64,000 nt of DNA from Cryomorpha ignava (GTDB lineage Bacteria; Bacteroidota; Bacteroidia; Flavobacteriales_F; PHOS-HE28), in contig JBEBYG010000016.1 of NCBI GenBank assembly GCA_040391235.1, positions 1,977 through 65,976 of the forward strand, in the 5' to 3' direction. Position 1 is the first letter of the stretch. Each line of letters starts with the position of its first letter. The notes beneath the pieces were generated by a model. That model did no database searches. It saw only the letters and a list, made by a program, of their open reading frames with translations, and had not been told where the DNA came from. Below are positions 63,301-64,000 of the stretch, piece by piece. The position numbers were made by a program, and so were the translations under genes.

Positions 63301-64000
63301 TGGTCGGCACCAGGAGGAGCGACACCATGGAGCATCGGCTACTGTGCTGGGAACTATACGGTGACGGTGCTGGATACGAACGGCTGCTGGGCCACCACCA
63401 ACTTCACGATCCAAGAACCGGTGCCGTTGGAGATCGACCTGATCACGGCCACGGATGAGCTCTGTCCTGGGAGCTGCGATGGCACCATCCTGGTCACCGA
63501 TCCGGAGGGCGCGCATTACAGCTTGAACAATGGGGGCACTCTTCAGGAAGAAGAGCTCTTCACCGGGCTTTGCGCAGGTGCGTACACGGTAACCATGCTG
63601 GACGACAATGGATGCACGGCCTCCAGTATGGCATTTATCGGCAGTCCGGCCCCGGTTCGCGCGGGCTTCTCAGTGCACCCCGATTCGCTCTTTATCAATG
63701 ATCCCGTTGCTGCCTTCACCAATACTTCCAGCGCAAACGCGACCCACTTCCTCTGGGACTTCGGCGATGGTACAACCAGCGCGGAGATCTCCCCTACCCA
63801 CAGCTTCCCCATGGGTATGGCAGCGGATCACGAGATCTGCCTCACCGCGATGACCGACAACGGTTGCCCGGATATCTATTGTGTTCCGTTACCTGTACTG
63901 GAACTGCCCGGCATCTTCGTCCCGAATGCCTTCACGCCGGATGGCGATGGCCGCAACGATGTATTCCAAATAAGCGGAACCGGGCTTTCACCCACCGGAT
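54373..64000 (+). CDS. Giant SprB-like cell-surface adhesin (partial; 3' end beyond window) with CUB-like, PKD, proprotein-convertase P domain, ~27 x 79-aa repeats, SprB repeats, and T9SS type-B CTD
   Basis: Frame 1 is open from 54355 to the window end. It is absent from the ORF track because no stop codon lies in the window. Recognisable motifs are the P domain ('MEHSYMGDLIIRIISPTGQTVVL...GTWTFEVCD'), the repeat 'D..LTLCSS....LF..LGG.PD.GG.W.GPS..TGG..DPATM.AGDYTYTV.GTAPCP', SprB repeats at 63180-63640 and 'FTPDGDGRNDVF' at 63931. Confidence 0.75.
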   Translation, partial: MPLVRNTPHRPSMVSSLLRLLAPRYQPSQLRHVQLVLLMLASPVVAFGQSYIISNGASNTCVGAFLDSGGEGASGYGNNENYTYTLCPDAPGGAISLSFLTFNLSAAGVAPVDAMTIYDGNSTAAPVLGTWTGTSLEGQVVSASAGNTTGCLTVVFRSNNTGTGVFAAAITCYQPCSRPTAAATHGSANPQKICPGESVTFNSSASTAAAGFNIANRRWDFGDGTVLNNAPVSVNHIYTQPGSYTAQLYLLDNNGCASTNRVDLVTWVGTIPDFNGTEGITGCSGETLCLDGIVNPTTWNELPDGDLGGGVFLPDNAGACFSTTLTFSQFALGQTLTNVNQLLGICVNMEHSYMGDLIIRIISPTGQTVVLHQQGGAGTYLGIPVDNELTPNVQGVCWNYCWSPTATSGTWAANSGGTLPSGTYQSVGALSGLIGSQLNGTWTFEVCDMWSIDNGFICDWGITFDPALYPDLVEFTPAYDAASSSTSWSGPNIATTSANGNQICVSGLAVGDHPYVYTVTDDFGCTYDTTVIVTIVPDLLASAGADVSTCGTPVQLNATLGTGGIPIVCDYTLWLYDSWGDGWTGQSYLTVTVDGVSTSWTLTGGSAGSTPITVSPGSTIVLNYQGIGLFAYEQSFALINSAGVTVYSGSNPNNGNVWSGTATCPNGGLVYSWSPAAGLSNASIANPVATVSSTTEYCVTVYQQGHPDCPATDCVTITVDDPVDAGSNGSVTTCANGSSFSLFSELAGTPDAGGTWTGPTGATHDAVFVPGSDPSGTYTYTVTGTGACGNSTSTSTVTVIINTPPSPGTDGALTLCSSGAAETLFAALGGNPGTGGSWTGPSAVTGGMIAPATMQAGDYIYTVSGIAPCPDESAMVSVTINTPPDPGADGALTLCSSGASEDLYNALGGSPDPGGVWSGPSDIIGVQIDPATMSAGDYVYTVNGIAPCPTETATVSVAIHTPPNAGNDGSIILCSTSSATSLFDQLGGTPDAGGIWSGPSVVTGGMIDPAAMLAGDYTYTVSGTAPCPDATATVSVTINTPPDPGTDGALTLCSSGVAEGLFTALGGSPDGGGIWTGPSTVTGGMIDPATMSAGDYVYTVNGTAPCPTETATVSVAIHTPPNAGNDGSIILCSTSSATSLFDQLGGTPDAGGIWSGPSVVTGGMIDPAAMLAGDYTYTVSGTAPCPDATATVSVTINTPPDPGTDGALTLCSSGVAEGLFTALGGSPDGGGIWTGPSTVTGGMIDPATMSAGDYVYTVNGTAPCPTETATVSVAIHTPPNAGNDGSIILCSTSSATSLFDQLGGTPDAGGIWSGPSVVTGGMIDPAAMLAGDYTYTVSGTAPCPDATATVSVTINTPPDPGTDGALTLCSSGVAEGLFTALGGSPDGGGIWTGPSTVTGGMIDPATMSAGDYVYTVNGTAPCPTETATVSVAIHTPPNAGNDGSIILCSTSSATSLFDQLGGTPDAGGIWSGPSVVTGGMIDPATMLAGDYVYTVSGIPPCPNETATVSVTINLQPNAGTDGSIALCISSPGIPLFAELNGTPNAGGTWSGPSAVNNGLFDPASMVPGDYTYTVTGTAPCPTVSALVTVNVVTNPDPGTPGSLTLCASAASINLFAQLGGTPDTGGAWTGPSTVTGGLFDPATMSAGVYSYTITVPPPCSSVSSTVTLNVVQPPSAGNSSALTLCISSPATNLFTALGGSPDAGGTWSGPSTIAGGSFDPATMNAGNYTYTVAGTTPCPADQAVVSVSVVAAPDAGTPGSITLCSSDDPIALFAQLGGTPDAGGAWSGPSTVTGGQFDPASMSAGVYTYTISVPPPCVNASSAVTVSVQAPPTAGTDASLTLCISSPATNLFNTLGGTPDTGGTWSGPSTLTGGSFDPATMNAGDYTYTVAGTTPCPADQAVVSVSVVAAPDAGTPGSITLCSSDDPIALFAQLGGTPDAGGAWSGPSTVTGGQFDPASMSAGVYTYTISVPPPCVNATSTVTVSVQTPPSAGSDAPLTLCISSPATNLFNSLGGNPNVGGTWSGPSTITAGSFDPATMNAGDYTYTVGGTTPCPADQAVVSVSVVAAPDAGTPGSITLCSSDDPIALFAQLGGTPDAGGAWSGPSTVTGGQFDPASMSAGLYTYTISVPPPCVNATSTVTVSVQAPPNAGSDGSLTLCISSPASDLFAFLGGSPHTGGSWTGPSTITGGSFNPSTMAAGDYTYTVAGTTPCPTDQAVVSVSVVAAPDAGTPGSITLCSSDDPIALFAQLGGTPDAGGAWSGPSTVTGGQFDPASMNAGVYTYTISVPPPCVNATSTVTVSVQAPPNAGSDASLTLCISSPVSDLFNTLGGSPDAGGTWSGPSALTAGSFDPATMNAGDYTYTVAGTTPCPADQAVVSVSVLAAPDAGTPGSITLCSTDDVIELFAQLGGTPDAGGAWSGPSAVTGGQFDPASMSAGEYTYTISVPPPCVNATSTVTVSVQAPPSAGGDGSLTLCISSPANDLFNSLSGSPDAGGTWSGPSALTAGSFDPATMNAGEYTYTVAGTTPCPAEQATVSVTVSSEPNPGDDDILNLCGSGDPVELFPALGGADAGGNWAGPSGTAFNGTFLPGTSSAGNYTYLIPGVAPCPSVSAVITVNVVTDAFAGGDGSLSICTSGNITSLFSRLQGTPDTGGDWLAPNGTPFSGTFNPLSDPGGVYTYVIAVPQPCVNDTAEVLVNVTPAVNAGNDTSLTLCSTSAVINLFDHLGVADEGGSWIGPDGPSSSAYYPSSGIAGNFTYTVLGTAPCPNVSATVSISLNTMPDAGLDGNASVCPEAPPVNLFATLGGTPDLGGSWTAPNGLPHGNIFNPATDPQGAYTYTVNGAAPCPDDNASATVQIYLVPVPNAGPDEVSCSYDHALNATGSWISGAWSGPAGTSITNTDSASTTASVAAGGAYAFIWRTRSAEGCTSSDTVTIVFSDPIIPTVNVTDALCNGSCDGAANATATGGNVISDGYQYQWSAPGGATPWSIGYCAGNYTVTVLDTNGCWATTNFTIQEPVPLEIDLITATDELCPGSCDGTILVTDPEGAHYSLNNGGTLQEEELFTGLCAGAYTVTMLDDNGCTASSMAFIGSPAPVRAGFSVHPDSLFINDPVAAFTNTSSANATHFLWDFGDGTTSAEISPTHSFPMGMAADHEICLTAMTDNGCPDIYCVPLPVLELPGIFVPNAFTPDGDGRNDVFQISGTGLSPTG
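56530..62950 (+). repeat. Intragenic tandem array of ~237-bp (79-aa) units with a 474-bp higher-order period, including ~3.5 identical copies at ~57180-58830
   Basis: Identical antisense ORF translations recur at 474-bp spacing (57183/57657/58131/58605 and 57426/57900/58374). A second near-identical block lies at ~59560-61700. Confidence 0.85.

Overview
This 64 kb window is GC-rich (~60%) and gene-dense, and looks like core chromosome of a Bacteroidota-type organism. The lineage call rests on four Type IX secretion (T9SS) C-terminal sorting domains, a fused SecDF, a type III glutamine synthetase, SprB-like repeats and non-Shine-Dalgarno gene starts. Most genes are housekeeping: valS, prfA, folK, pyrF, holA, mdh, glnN, secDF, tatA, csp, acyl-CoA dehydrogenase and rfbD-like. 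I found no transposase, integrase, CRISPR array, rRNA or tRNA.

The most interesting features are:
- A translationally coupled operon at ~753-3153 (minus strand). It encodes a membrane-anchored class III nucleotidyl cyclase, immediately followed by an HD phosphohydrolase fused to a C-terminal 2-TM domain resembling Pycsar/SLATT-type membrane effector domains.
- A giant SprB-like T9SS type-B adhesin gene of more than 3,200 codons (54373 to beyond the window end). It is absent from the ORF track because it has no stop codon in the window. It contains about 27 tandem 237-bp (79-aa) repeats, including about 3.5 identical 474-bp copies, and sits beside an ECF sigma / anti-sigma pair.
- Two odd intergenic repeat arrays: an 81-82 bp unit repeated three times between ppx and csp, and a microsatellite-like tract upstream of holA.

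Many long antisense ORFs in the track are GC-driven artefacts and are listed as rejected.
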